This document shows positions 1 to 10,047 of a DNA stretch of 64,000 nucleotides, one piece after another. Position numbers and translations under genes: made by a program. Source of the DNA: Sandaracinaceae bacterium (GTDB lineage Bacteria; Myxococcota_A; Polyangia; Polyangiales; Sandaracinaceae). Position 1 is the first letter of the stretch; each line of letters opens with the position of its first letter. The stretch covers positions 42,542 to 106,541 of the forward strand of contig JBGAQA010000014.1 of assembly GCA_044220955.1 (NCBI GenBank), written 5' to 3'. Under the pieces are notes generated by a model, which did no database searches, had not been told where the DNA came from, and worked only from the letters and a program-made list of their open reading frames with translations.

Positions 1-132
1 GAGAGCGACTACCTGCGCGCCGCGTGGCTCGGTGCTCAGTACGCGGCGCTCTCGCCGACGACCCTGCTGCGCGCAGGTCCGTGGCGGTACCTCGCGAGAC
101 GTGTTCGCGGAGGTTCAGAGCCCGTGCCGTGA
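1..132 (+). CDS. 3' end of a CDS truncated by the window start (unknown product, possibly part of the polysaccharide locus)
   Basis: Frame 1 is open from base 1 (ESDYLRAAWLGAQYAAL...) to TGA at 130-132 and converges on rfbF. Confidence 0.45.
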   Translation, partial: ESDYLRAAWLGAQYAALSPTTLLRAGPWRYLARRVRGGSEPVP

Positions 133-161
133 GCGTGATCGAAGGCTCGTCGCGCCGGCCA

Positions 162-929
162 TCACGGCGCCTTCCACGGCGCCTTCCCGGTCGACCACAG
201 GTGTTCCAGGTAGTGCTTGTCGCGGAGCGTGTCCATGCACTGCCAGAACCCGTGATGGCGGTAGCCGGCGAGCTGCCGCTTCGCGGCGAGCGCCTCGAGG
301 ACCTCGGCCTCGAGGCTCGTGTCGTCGCCGCGGATGTAATCGAGCACACCGGGCTCGCAGACCATGAAGCCGCCGTTGATCCAGCCCTCACCCGTCTGCG
401 GCTTCTCGGTGAAGCTGGCCACGCGGGGGCCGTCGAACACGACGCCGCCGAAGCGGGCCGGCGGCCGAACCGCCGTCACCGTCGCGAGCAAGCGCTGCTC
501 TCGGTGGAAGGCGATCAGCTTCGTGATGTCGATGTCCGAGACGCCGTCGCCATAGGTGACCAGGAACGTCTCGTCGCACAGGAGGTTCCGCAGCCGACCG
601 ACCCGGCCGCCGGTGAGCGTGTTCGTCCCCGTCTCCATCAGGTGGACGGTCCAGTCCTCGCATTCCGCGTCGTGCCCGACGATCCGGCCGGTCCGCATCT
701 CCACCGTCATGCTGCCACTCAGCGAGTGCAGGTCGAGGAAGTGGCGCTTGATGACGTGGCCCTTGTAGCCCAGCGCGATGACGAACTCGCGGATCCCGTG
801 CGCCGCGTAGCCCTTCATGATGTGCCAGAGGATGGGCTGTCCGCCGATCTCCACCATCGGCTTCGGACGAACCTCGGTCTCCTCAGCGAGGCGCGTGCCG
901 AGGCCACCGGCCAGGATGACTGCCTTCAC
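162..929 (-). CDS. rfbF: Glucose-1-phosphate cytidylyltransferase
   Basis: GTG start behind a GGAGG RBS; MKAVILAGGLGTRLAEETEVRPKPMVEIGG, TYGDGV, WINGGF, GFWQCMDTLRDK. Confidence 0.95.
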   Translation of the reverse strand: MKAVILAGGLGTRLAEETEVRPKPMVEIGGQPILWHIMKGYAAHGIREFVIALGYKGHVIKRHFLDLHSLSGSMTVEMRTGRIVGHDAECEDWTVHLMETGTNTLTGGRVGRLRNLLCDETFLVTYGDGVSDIDITKLIAFHREQRLLATVTAVRPPARFGGVVFDGPRVASFTEKPQTGEGWINGGFMVCEPGVLDYIRGDDTSLEAEVLEALAAKRQLAGYRHHGFWQCMDTLRDKHYLEHLWSTGKAPWKAP

Positions 930-1146
930 GATCCACCTCCCTGCGTCGATAGGGTGCTCGCCGCGCCGACGGCGTTCAGGCCGGCCGACGTAGCACGACC
1001 TGGGCGCCGGTTCACTGCCTCGAGCGGCCTGGACGGGTCGACGGGGCCGCGGTACACCGCCGTTCCTCGCGCCCGATGAACCGCCACCCGCACGCAGGCA
1101 ACGGTGCTTCCGCGCCCGCGAGGGCGGACGGAAGACGGTGCGAACG

Positions 1147-2130
1147 ATGACCTTCTGGCGTGACCGACCGACCTTCGTGACGGGCGGAACGGGGCTCGTG
1201 GGGGGCTGGTTGATCCGGCGGCTGGTGGAGGCAGGCGCGGACGTCGTCTGCCTCGTGCGTGACTGGATCCCGACGAGCGAGGTCGTCCGCAGCGGCACGA
1301 TCGAGCACGTCAAGGTCGTCCGAGGAGACGTCCGGGACCAGGGGACGCTGGAGCGAGCGCTCGGCGAGTACGAGATCGCGACGGTGATTCACCTCGCCGC
1401 GCAGACCATCGTCGGCATCGCGAACCGCAATCCCGTCTCGACGTTCGAGACGAACGTGCAGGGGACCTGGGCCCTGCTCGAGGCCTGCCGCCGCAGCCCG
1501 ACCGTTCGGCAGATCGTGGTCGCGTCGTCCGACAAGGCCTACGGCGATCAAACCAGGCTGCCGTACGACGAAGCGACGCCGCTCGAGGGCCGACACCCGT
1601 ACGACGTCAGCAAGTCTTGCGCCGATCTCCTCTCGCAGGCCTACGCCACCTCCTACGGAACGCCCGTCTGCATCACACGCTGCGGCAACTTCTACGGTGG
1701 TGGTGATCTCAACTGGAATCGGATCGTGCCCGGGACGATCCGCTCGGTGATCCGCGGCGAGCGTCCGGTGATTCGTTCGGACGGAAAGTACGTACGCGAC
1801 TACTTCTACGTCGAGGATGGCGCAGCCGCATACATGCACCTTGCCGAGCGCATGAGCGCGGATCCCACGCTACTCGGAGAGGCGTTCAACTTCTCGAACG
1901 AGCTCGAGGTGTCGGTGACCGAGATCGCGGAGCGCGTAGTGCGGGCGATGGGGTCCGACCTGACGCTCGACGTTCGAAACGAAGCGAGCAACGAGATCAA
2001 GCGGCAGAGCCTCTCCGCGGCGAAGGCGCGTGCTCGGTTGGGTTGGTCTCCGCTCTTCGACCTCGACGAGGGGCTTCGCCGCACCATCGCTTGGTACCGC
2101 GGGCTCCTGGCGACCGGGGCCGCGCCATGA
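1147..2130 (+). CDS. rfbG: CDP-glucose 4,6-dehydratase-like NAD-dependent epimerase/dehydratase (extended SDR)
   Basis: [33 protein letters not shown] (YxxxK), GNFYGGGD; next to rfbF. Confidence 0.8.
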   Translation: MTFWRDRPTFVTGGTGLVGGWLIRRLVEAGADVVCLVRDWIPTSEVVRSGTIEHVKVVRGDVRDQGTLERALGEYEIATVIHLAAQTIVGIANRNPVSTFETNVQGTWALLEACRRSPTVRQIVVASSDKAYGDQTRLPYDEATPLEGRHPYDVSKSCADLLSQAYATSYGTPVCITRCGNFYGGGDLNWNRIVPGTIRSVIRGERPVIRSDGKYVRDYFYVEDGAAAYMHLAERMSADPTLLGEAFNFSNELEVSVTEIAERVVRAMGSDLTLDVRNEASNEIKRQSLSAAKARARLGWSPLFDLDEGLRRTIAWYRGLLATGAAP

Positions 2131-3359
2131 CGACGGAGCCCTGCTGCCGTGGGTGCCAGGGCACGCCCCTGGCGACGGTGCTCGACCTCGGGGAGACGCC
2201 GCTCGCCAACTCGCTCCTGACGGAAGACGATCTGGCCGCCGTCGAGGCGCGCTTCCCGCTGGTCCTCGCGTTCTGCCCGAGGTGCGCGCTGGTGCAGATC
2301 ACTCACTCGGTGCCCCCCGAGAAGCTGTTCCGCGACTACCTCTACTTCTCGTCCTTCTCGGACACCATGGTGGAGCACGCCAAGCGCGTCGCCGAGCGCC
2401 TGGTCGCCTCGCGGCGCCTCGGCCCCCAGAGCCTGGTGATCGAGATCGCGAGCAACGACGGCTACCTGCTCCAGCACTATCTGGCCGCAGGCGTACCCGT
2501 GCTCGGTATCGAGCCGGCGTTGAACGTCGCCAAGGTCGCCATCGAGCAGCGTGGAGTCCGCACGCTCACCGAGTTCTTCGGCTCCGCGCTCGCCGATCAG
2601 CTGGCTGCGGCGAACGAGCACGCCGACGTCGTGCATTCCAACAACGTCCTGGCGCACGTCCCCGATCTGAACGGATTCATCGGCGGTGTCTCCCGATTGC
2701 TGAAGCCCGACGGTGTCTGGGTGATCGAGGCTCCGTACGTGCGCGACATGATCGAGCACGTGGAATTCGACACAATTTACCACGAGCACCTCTGCTACTT
2801 CTCGGGGACGTCCCTCTCGCGCCTCTTCCACGGACACGGTCTCGAGCTCGTCGACGTCGAGCGCTTGCCGATCCACGGCGGGTCGCTGCGCTTGTTCGTC
2901 CAGCACCGAGGCAGCGCTACTGTGAGCGCTGCCGCACTGGCGCTGCTCGAAGAGGAGCAGCGGCTCGGGATGGACCGTCTCGAGTACTATGCGACGTTCG
3001 GCCGGGCGGTGAATGAGCTGCGCGTGCAGCTGGTGGCGTTGCTCGCGGACCTCAAGGCGCGCGGTAAGCGTATCGCCGCGTACGGCGCGTCCGCGAAGGG
3101 GAGTACTCTGCTCAACACGTTCGGGATCGGGCGCGAGACCCTCGAGTTCGCCGCCGATCGCAGCACCCACAAGCAAGGTCGCTACATGCCCGGCGTGCGT
3201 GTGCCGATCGTCCCGCCCTCGAGGCTGCTCGACGCGATGCCGGACTACACGCTGCTGCTGACGTGGAACTTCTCGGACGAGATCCTCCGTCAGCAGAAGG
3301 CGTACCGGGACGCCGGGGGGAAGTTCATCATTCCCGTGCCGGTTCCCCGCGAGGTGTGA
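2127..3359 (+). CDS. NDP-hexose C-methyltransferase (Zn-binding, SAM-dependent)
   Basis: ATGA overlap with the previous gene; CRGC...CPRC Zn site, [30 protein letters not shown]. Confidence 0.9.
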   Translation: MTTEPCCRGCQGTPLATVLDLGETPLANSLLTEDDLAAVEARFPLVLAFCPRCALVQITHSVPPEKLFRDYLYFSSFSDTMVEHAKRVAERLVASRRLGPQSLVIEIASNDGYLLQHYLAAGVPVLGIEPALNVAKVAIEQRGVRTLTEFFGSALADQLAAANEHADVVHSNNVLAHVPDLNGFIGGVSRLLKPDGVWVIEAPYVRDMIEHVEFDTIYHEHLCYFSGTSLSRLFHGHGLELVDVERLPIHGGSLRLFVQHRGSATVSAAALALLEEEQRLGMDRLEYYATFGRAVNELRVQLVALLADLKARGKRIAAYGASAKGSTLLNTFGIGRETLEFAADRSTHKQGRYMPGVRVPIVPPSRLLDAMPDYTLLLTWNFSDEILRQQKAYRDAGGKFIIPVPVPREV

Positions 3360-3365
3360 CGCGCG

Positions 3366-4673
3366 TCAGGGTACGGTGACCGAGGCCCCGAAGCGGCCGA
3401 ACGCCGCGTGCGCGCCATCGCTCCCGACGAAGAACGTGGCGCCAACGAGCGAGCCCGGGGTCCCGGTGATCGTGCCGTCGCCCGTGGTTGCGCCCGTGAC
3501 CGTGATGGTTCCGGCGCTGGGTCGGACGACGAAGGTCATGGGCTGGCCGCGCGAGAACGTGAGCGAACTCGCGGCGCCCACGGTCGTGCTCCCTTGTGTG
3601 ACGAGGATCACGCGGACCGTCGTCCCATCGGGCTGCAGCACGAGCTCGTTCGACGCATCGGACCCCAGCAGGGGATGGGGGAGGCCCGATTGAGTCATCT
3701 CGAGGGAGCTGCAGTCTGGCGCGTACACGATCGTGAACCCGCCCGTTGCCAGCTCGGGCGGCAGCGATGGGCCGCTGAACGCGAGCACGTCCGGTGCCCG
3801 GGTCATGGGGGAGGTCGTCGTCCGGATCACGGAGGAGGGGAACACGTCCTGCTCGAGCTGATGCAGATCCACGAAGAGACCGTAGCCCGATGGCTCGTCG
3901 AAGCTGTTCGTCGCGAACCAGGTTCCGCCCGGTCCGAATGCGCGGTCGCGTCGCGTCCACGTGGTCGGTACCGGGCCGGACCACGCCTGGATTCGGTAGT
4001 CCGTGCGCCACTCGGAGCTTGAGCTGATGGCGCGGGCGTACGCGGAGATGCTGTGTGGGTTGGGGGCCACGCCGTTCAAGACCTGCCCCGCCGAGTACGT
4101 GTAGGGGCCGGCGGCCGTGCTGCGGTCGGCCTCCACGGCCGCGTCTGGGCCGGGCGCGGCGTCCGCCGTCACCGTCGCGGTGCCGGCAGACGACCAGACC
4201 GACGAATCCGTGATCTGACGGGACTGCAGCACGAAGTTCGTACGACTTCCTTCGATCAGAAGCATCGGACCGAGACCGTCCCCGCGGTCCTCGATCCTCC
4301 GGACGTTCGGCGGTGCCCAGGCCAGGAACGCCGTCGTGCCGTCCGTGGCCGGTCCCGTGAGGTAGCTACCCTCCGAGGCGCGACTGAAGGTGCCACCCGT
4401 GAAGAGGTCGAGTCGCGGGGAGCCGCCGGCGTCGTTCCCGCCATCGCTCCCACTGTCGGTCCCCACGTCGTCGCTGGCGTCGTCGCCCGCGTCGTCCACG
4501 ATGCCCATGTCCTCGCCAGGACCTGCGTCTTCGACGCCCAGATCGAGCGCTCCGACGTCGGCCCTCGCGGCATCCCTGCCGCCGCCGAGTGCGCCGCGTG
4601 AGAGCGAGCATGCTGGGGAGCAGAAGATCAGGAAGGCCAGCACCGCCGCGGCCCCGCCGTCGCGATATCGCAT
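3366..4673 (-). CDS. Secreted (probable lipo)protein with a phage head-spike/tail-fibre-like domain
   Basis: Hydrophobic N-terminus with Cys, acidic DAG linker, then TFSRASEGSY..LLIEGSRTNFVLQS and QLEQDVFPSSVIRTTTSPMTRAPDVL. Confidence 0.65.
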   Translation of the reverse strand: MRYRDGGAAAVLAFLIFCSPACSLSRGALGGGRDAARADVGALDLGVEDAGPGEDMGIVDDAGDDASDDVGTDSGSDGGNDAGGSPRLDLFTGGTFSRASEGSYLTGPATDGTTAFLAWAPPNVRRIEDRGDGLGPMLLIEGSRTNFVLQSRQITDSSVWSSAGTATVTADAAPGPDAAVEADRSTAAGPYTYSAGQVLNGVAPNPHSISAYARAISSSSEWRTDYRIQAWSGPVPTTWTRRDRAFGPGGTWFATNSFDEPSGYGLFVDLHQLEQDVFPSSVIRTTTSPMTRAPDVLAFSGPSLPPELATGGFTIVYAPDCSSLEMTQSGLPHPLLGSDASNELVLQPDGTTVRVILVTQGSTTVGAASSLTFSRGQPMTFVVRPSAGTITVTGATTGDGTITGTPGSLVGATFFVGSDGAHAAFGRFGASVTVP

Positions 4674-4682
4674 GCGCGGAGC

Positions 4683-5822
4683 CTAACAGAAACGCGCATG
4701 CGTCGAGGCGTTCGAGCGCTCCAGCTCGTCGTACAGCCGTACGTAGTACTGGGCCATCGCTTCGATCGAGAACCGCACACGGAGCAGGCCGCGCATCGCG
4801 GCGATGCGGCGCGCACGTTCGGCCGGGGCGACAGACAGGGCGGCGTCGCACGCGCCCACGAGATCCTCCACGGAGAAGTCACGCGGAACGAAGAAGCCGA
4901 CGTCCTCGGTGACCAACTTCCGCGTCGTGCCGACATCCGTGACGACCGGGATGCAGCCCGCGGCCATGGCTTCGAGCAGACTCTTCGACGGGTAGTTGTT
5001 CTGGCGCTGGAGCGACAGGAACACGCTGGCGCGCTCGAGAACGCGCTGCGGGTTCGGCTCGAGCCTCGCGCTCACGTCGAGGCGCGGGTGGAGCGCGCGC
5101 AGGATCGGCGTCATCGGTGGCGCGTCGCTGTCCCGGCCCATGAAGAGGTATCGCACGCTCGTGTGACCCAGCGCTTTCAGGCGCGCGTCGATCTCGGGCA
5201 GCTGTTCGGCGAGCCGATAGATGCCCTTCTCGCGCGTGAAAGTCCCCGAGAAAGCGATGGAGCCATCGCGCACCCCGTCTTCGGCGGGCGCGAAGAGGTC
5301 GAGGTCCACGTAGCTGCCGGGGGTCACTCGGAACCGCCCGGCGAGCCATGGCAGACGCTCTGCAACCGCGTCGCGGACACGCTCGTCGAGGAAGTCGGTC
5401 CTGTGCGCCAGGGCACATCCGACGTACACCATCGACCGCCCGCGCCAGTTGTAGAGCGAGAGATCCGAGAGCGGGACCGTGAACAGCGTCCGCGAGGCGT
5501 GGAGCCGCAGTCCCAGCTGCGGCGGGAGCAGCACGAAGTGGAAGATCGCCCCCGGATCCGCTCGCGCGAGCCGCCAGACGGTCGCGACGAGCGCCCGATC
5601 GATCGTCCCGCCGCCACTCTCGAACGTGTGGATCCCCTCGCCCAGCCTTCCGACATCGGCGAGCTCTTGCGTGTTGCGAGCCCGGTCAGCGAGCCCCCGC
5701 GGACAGACGAGCTCCAGCGGCCACGCGCGTTGCCGTCGCACATGGAGAAATAGGCCCAGGAAGCGCTTCTCGGCGCCGCCGAGCGCATCCGTCGAGATCA
5801 CGATGTAGGTCCGGCGTCCCAC
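4683..5822 (-). CDS. Glycosyltransferase family 4 (GT-B)
   Basis: Probable GTG start; GGAEKR N-terminal motif, EKG, NNYPSKSLLEAMAAG, VVTDVG. Confidence 0.85.
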   Translation of the reverse strand: MGRRTYIVISTDALGGAEKRFLGLFLHVRRQRAWPLELVCPRGLADRARNTQELADVGRLGEGIHTFESGGGTIDRALVATVWRLARADPGAIFHFVLLPPQLGLRLHASRTLFTVPLSDLSLYNWRGRSMVYVGCALAHRTDFLDERVRDAVAERLPWLAGRFRVTPGSYVDLDLFAPAEDGVRDGSIAFSGTFTREKGIYRLAEQLPEIDARLKALGHTSVRYLFMGRDSDAPPMTPILRALHPRLDVSARLEPNPQRVLERASVFLSLQRQNNYPSKSLLEAMAAGCIPVVTDVGTTRKLVTEDVGFFVPRDFSVEDLVGACDAALSVAPAERARRIAAMRGLLRVRFSIEAMAQYYVRLYDELERSNASTHARFC

Positions 5823-5830
5823 GGGCGGGG

Positions 5831-6955
5831 TCAGCGGAGGGAGCGTCCCGTCACGCGGCTGGCGAGTCGCTTGAGCTCGAACGCAGCGTCGAGGACGAAC
5901 TGGTCGGTCGCGAACGCGTCGTGCGGTCGCGGCGGCTCGCGCATGATCCGATCGAACTCCCTCTCGTCGATGCCGAACTTCTTGATCACGTACTCGCGAT
6001 CGAGCTCGATCTGACGTGGGTCGTAGTGCGGGCGCGTCAGCTCTTCGAGCGCAGCTTCTCGCGTGATCTGCCGGGAGAGGATGAGCATCGAGAGGTGCAG
6101 ACGGCGCTTGTCGATCCCGAACTTCGTCGGGAGGATGTAGCCTTGGTAGAAGCGTGTGATGATCGATTCGTGGTGCTTGCCCCCATAGGCGCGCCAGCCG
6201 ATCGACGCGGCCATCTCGGCGATCGCCTCTTCTTTCACGTACCGGACGTACGAGAGCAGAGGGATCGTCCGCATGCGAAGCACACGCTGCTGCAGCACGT
6301 ACGAGACCGTGCTCATCTGTGGGACGGTCGAGATCGGTGTGCGCGAGTATGCGCGATGGATCGCGCGTAGGTTCCTGAGGTCCGTCTTGCGGTGGTTCCA
6401 GGTCGGCGGGAGCGTCGTCTCGGTGCTCGTATTGTCCCCGCTCACCACCCAGCGAATGCGGAATCGGCGGGCGGTCTGCATCATTCCGGCGAGGATCGCG
6501 TGGTCCGACGCCAGCTCGAGATCGACGACCGATGCGCGGAGCAGCGAGAGTTGCAAGTCGCGGAACTGCGGCCAGTCGATGACGTGCGTGTAGAGATCGA
6601 CCCCCGCGCCGCGCACCACGCTCTCGATGTTCATGACCGCGAGCTCGCTGTTCCAGCCGTTGTCGACGTGGACCGCCAGGGGGCGAAGGCCGAGGCGCTT
6701 CGCCAGCAAGACCGCGTACGAGCTGTCCACGCCGCCGCTGAGCCCGACGATGCAGTCGTAGTCGCGCCCGCGACCCTCGACCTTCATCTCCGCGACGCAG
6801 CGCTCGAGCTGGGCGTCCGGTGAATGCTCGGCGCTCCTCGCGGCGCGGGCCCGCTCGTCGAAGCGCCGGCAGTAGCGGCACTCTCCGTGCGCGTCGAGGT
6901 CGAGGTCGGGCGCGCTCGTATCCATGACGCAGCGGACGCAGCAGAGGCGGCTCAT
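5831..6955 (-). CDS. wbpG: N-acetyl sugar amidotransferase (WbpG family)
   Basis: CVRCVMD..CRYC, YDCIVGLSGGVDSS (PP-loop), HVDNGWNSELAV, GGKHHES, KFGIDKR. Confidence 0.9.
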   Translation of the reverse strand: MSRLCCVRCVMDTSAPDLDLDAHGECRYCRRFDERARAARSAEHSPDAQLERCVAEMKVEGRGRDYDCIVGLSGGVDSSYAVLLAKRLGLRPLAVHVDNGWNSELAVMNIESVVRGAGVDLYTHVIDWPQFRDLQLSLLRASVVDLELASDHAILAGMMQTARRFRIRWVVSGDNTSTETTLPPTWNHRKTDLRNLRAIHRAYSRTPISTVPQMSTVSYVLQQRVLRMRTIPLLSYVRYVKEEAIAEMAASIGWRAYGGKHHESIITRFYQGYILPTKFGIDKRRLHLSMLILSRQITREAALEELTRPHYDPRQIELDREYVIKKFGIDEREFDRIMREPPRPHDAFATDQFVLDAAFELKRLASRVTGRSLR

Positions 6956-7722
6956 CGCAGCGACTCCGCGATCTCCCGGCGCTCGCCGGGCTGCAGGTAG
7001 CTGACGAGCACGGCACGGTGCGGACCGTACCAGACGAAGCGCCCACCGACGGCGACGCCCGAGAGCCCGCCCTGGCGCATCGCCTCGACCATGTCGTGCG
7101 TCGCGTTCGCGCCCCCCGCGAGCACCACCGGCACGGGCACCGCGTTTCGCAGGCGGCTCGCGAGGTCCAGGTCCATGCCTGCTCGCGTGCCATCACGATC
7201 GACGGATTGCACGAGGATCTCGCCGGCGCCCGCGCGGGCGAGCGCGGATGCCCAGCGTACGGGGTCACGCTCCGGGACGGGTGCGCCGACGTGCGAGTGC
7301 ACGCGGGCGCGGCCCAGGAGATCCCGCCGCACATCGACGACGCCCATCACGCACTGCGCTCCGAAACGATCGGACAGGCGGCGGACGGAGCCCAGATCGC
7401 GCAGGGCTGCCGTGTTGACGGCGAGCTTCTCGATCCCGAGGCGCAGGAGCTGCCGCGCGTGGTCTACATCACGTACGGCACCGCCGTAGCAGACGGGCAT
7501 GAACGCTTCGGAGACGATCTTCTCGAGGAAGGCGAGTCGCGGCGCGCGCCGCTCGCGCGAGGCGAGGATGTCGAAGATGACGATCTCGTCGACCTCTTTC
7601 TCGTTGAAGATGCGGACCACGTTGATCGGGTCGCCGACGTAGGTCGGAGTGGCGAAGCGCGTGGTCTTGACGAGCCCCTCGCCACGGAGGAGCAGGCACG
7701 GGATCACGCGCCTAGCCTGCAT
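6952..7722 (-). CDS. hisF2: HisF2/AglZ-type cyclase-like subunit for acetamidino sugar modification
   Basis: RVIPCLLL..GLVKT..F, YVGDPINVVRIFNEKEVDE, VDRDGT; lies between wbpG and hisH2. Confidence 0.9.
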   Translation of the reverse strand: MQARRVIPCLLLRGEGLVKTTRFATPTYVGDPINVVRIFNEKEVDEIVIFDILASRERRAPRLAFLEKIVSEAFMPVCYGGAVRDVDHARQLLRLGIEKLAVNTAALRDLGSVRRLSDRFGAQCVMGVVDVRRDLLGRARVHSHVGAPVPERDPVRWASALARAGAGEILVQSVDRDGTRAGMDLDLASRLRNAVPVPVVLAGGANATHDMVEAMRQGGLSGVAVGGRFVWYGPHRAVLVSYLQPGERREIAESLR

Positions 7723-8344
7723 CGGTCACCACGTCGGCGAAGTTGCGGAGGATCGTCATCCCGTGCCGGTGGCTCTTCTCCGGATGGAACTGCGTTCCAT
7801 AGAGGTTCCCCGCGTGCACCGCCGCCGCGAATCGCACGCCATATCGACACCACGCGGCCACGTCCGCGTCGCGATCGCACACGAGGTGGTACGAATGGAC
7901 GAAGTAGAAGCGGGCCGGTTCGGTCGCGCGGCCCATCAGCACATCGTCCGTGATCTCGACCTCGTTCCAGCCCATGTGCGGGATGGGCAGCGACGCGTCT
8001 GGCGGGAGGCGGAACCGGCGGACGTCCGCGTCCAACCAGCCGAGGCCGCGCTCGGCGCCTTCTTCGCTCTGGCGGGCCATGAGCTGTACCCCGAGGCAGA
8101 TGCCGAGCACGGGTCGGCGGCGCTCGCGCACCAGGTCCGTCAACAAAGCCACGAGTCCCCGAGCGCGGAGGTTGCGCATGCCCTCGTCGAAGTGACCGAC
8201 CCCCGGGAGGACGAGACCGCGTGCGTCGGAGAGCTCCCGTCGATCGCAGCTGATGCGTGCGCGAACGCCGACGCGCCGGAACATGTTTGCGACCGACCCG
8301 AGGTTGCCGAGCCCGTAGTCCACGATCGCGATGTCGGCCGTCAC
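7712..8344 (-). CDS. hisH2: HisH2 class I glutamine amidotransferase
   Basis: IVDYGLGNLGSV, LPGVGHF, LGICLG (catalytic Cys), PHMGWN, FYFVHSY, QFHPEKS. Confidence 0.92.
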   Translation of the reverse strand: MTADIAIVDYGLGNLGSVANMFRRVGVRARISCDRRELSDARGLVLPGVGHFDEGMRNLRARGLVALLTDLVRERRRPVLGICLGVQLMARQSEEGAERGLGWLDADVRRFRLPPDASLPIPHMGWNEVEITDDVLMGRATEPARFYFVHSYHLVCDRDADVAAWCRYGVRFAAAVHAGNLYGTQFHPEKSHRHGMTILRNFADVVTDAG

Positions 8345-8346
8345 CG

Positions 8347-10047
8347 TCAGCCCCGCAGGAACGCCACGATCTCGCGGACCACCCGCTCGAGACGAGCGGA
8401 TCCCAACTCGGGAAACACGGGGATCGCGAGAACCTCGCGCGTCGCACGCTCGGCCTCCGGCATCGAGCCTTCGCGATAGCCCAGGTACGCAAGGGCGGGC
8501 TGGAGGTGCAGTGCGAGCGGGTAGTACACCTCGCTGGCGATGCCGCGAACGCCGAGGTGCTTGCGGAGCTCGTCCCGCCGGGGAGTACGGATCACATACT
8601 GGTTCCACACGTGGCCGACGTCGGGGGCGGGCAGGCGAAGCACCTCCGGCGGCAGCTGCGCCGCCTCGAATGCCTCGCGGTAGGCCTCGGCGTTCCGCCT
8701 CCGAGCCTCCGTCCAGGTCGTCAGGTGCGGCAGCTTCACCCGCAGCAGGGCCGCCTGGAGCGCGTCGAGCCGGAAGTTCCCGCCGATCGCGGTGTGATGG
8801 TACTTGGGGCTCATCCCGTGGTGGCGCATGAGGCGCATGCGCGCGGCGAGGGCGTCGTCGGTGGTCGTGACGAGGCCGCCATCGCCGAACGCGCCCAGGT
8901 TCTTCGATGGGAAGAACGAGAACGCAGCGGCCAAGCCGAGCGTGCCGACGTTTCCGTCACCGGCGCGCGCGCCGATCGCCTGCGCGGCGTCCTCGATCAC
9001 CGGCAACCCGTGCTCTCGCGCGATGGCGAGAAGGGCGCGCACGTCTCCGGCCCGCCCGAAGAGGTGCACGGGCATGATCGCTCTGGTTCGGGGCGTGATC
9101 GCCGAGGCGATGCGGCTAGCGTCCAGGCAGTAGCTTGTCGGATCGATGTCCACGAACACGGGAGTCGCGCCGACCCGCGCGATCGAGCCCGCGGTGGCGA
9201 AGAAGCTGAAGGGCGTGGTGATCACCTCGTCCCCCGGTCCGATGTTCATCGCCATCAGAGCGAGCAGCAGCCCATCGGTGCCGGACGAGACGCCGAGCGC
9301 GTGGGGAACGCCGAGGATCGCTGCACACTCGCGCTCGAAGCTCGCGACCTCGTCGCCGAGGATGAACTGGCCGCTGCTCATGATGCGCTCGAAAGCGGCA
9401 CGGAAGGCGGGCAGGAGCGGCTCGTGCTCCGCGGCGAGGTCGACCGCGGGGATGGGGCCGTCATCGCGCTCGTCCGCAGGGGACCGGACACGACACGCGT
9501 CGTCGCTGACGATGTAGGCCTCGCCGGTTCGGGGGCAGAGGGGACGCGGCCCCTCGGGTAGGCGCTCGCCCGCTCGCGACATCCAACCAATGCGCCGCGC
9601 TGGGTTACCCACGACGAGCGCATGTGGCGGTACGTTCTTCGTCACGACGGCACCCGCCCCGACGAACGAATAGGCACCGACGTCGTGGCCGCACACGATC
9701 GTGGCGTTGGCGCCGATGCTGGCGCCGCGGTGCACTCGCGTTCCGCGGAACTCTGTCTTCCGTTCCACGAACGCGCGGGGGTTGTTCACGTTGGTGAACA
9801 CGCAACTCGGTCCGAGGAAGACGTCGTCGTCGACCTCGACACCCTCGTAGATCGACACGTTGTTCTGGACCTTCACGCCGTTTCCGACACGAACCCCTCG
9901 GCCCACGAACACGTTCTGGCCGAGGCTGCAGCCGCGGCCGATCCGTGCGCCGGAGGAGACATGCACGAAGTGCCAGACTCTGGTGTCGTCCCCGATCTCG
10001 GCTCCGGCATCGACGACGGCCGTGGGGTGTATGAAGGCTGCGCTCAT
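8347..10047 (-). CDS. Fused WbpD-like hexapeptide N-acetyltransferase + WbpE/DegT PLP aminotransferase
   Basis: N-half [34 protein letters not shown]-half [39 protein letters not shown]; one continuous frame. Confidence 0.9.
   Translation of the reverse strand: MSAAFIHPTAVVDAGAEIGDDTRVWHFVHVSSGARIGRGCSLGQNVFVGRGVRVGNGVKVQNNVSIYEGVEVDDDVFLGPSCVFTNVNNPRAFVERKTEFRGTRVHRGASIGANATIVCGHDVGAYSFVGAGAVVTKNVPPHALVVGNPARRIGWMSRAGERLPEGPRPLCPRTGEAYIVSDDACRVRSPADERDDGPIPAVDLAAEHEPLLPAFRAAFERIMSSGQFILGDEVASFERECAAILGVPHALGVSSGTDGLLLALMAMNIGPGDEVITTPFSFFATAGSIARVGATPVFVDIDPTSYCLDASRIASAITPRTRAIMPVHLFGRAGDVRALLAIAREHGLPVIEDAAQAIGARAGDGNVGTLGLAAAFSFFPSKNLGAFGDGGLVTTTDDALAARMRLMRHHGMSPKYHHTAIGGNFRLDALQAALLRVKLPHLTTWTEARRRNAEAYREAFEAAQLPPEVLRLPAPDVGHVWNQYVIRTPRRDELRKHLGVRGIASEVYYPLALHLQPALAYLGYREGSMPEAERATREVLAIPVFPELGSARLERVVREIVAFLRG

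Noticed and set aside
3366..4673. Prophage remnant
   Set aside because: A single intact gene with a host-type export signal and no other phage genes
6952..8344. Histidine biosynthesis operon
   Set aside because: No other his genes; the wbpG context indicates the sugar-modifying HisF2/HisH2 paralogues
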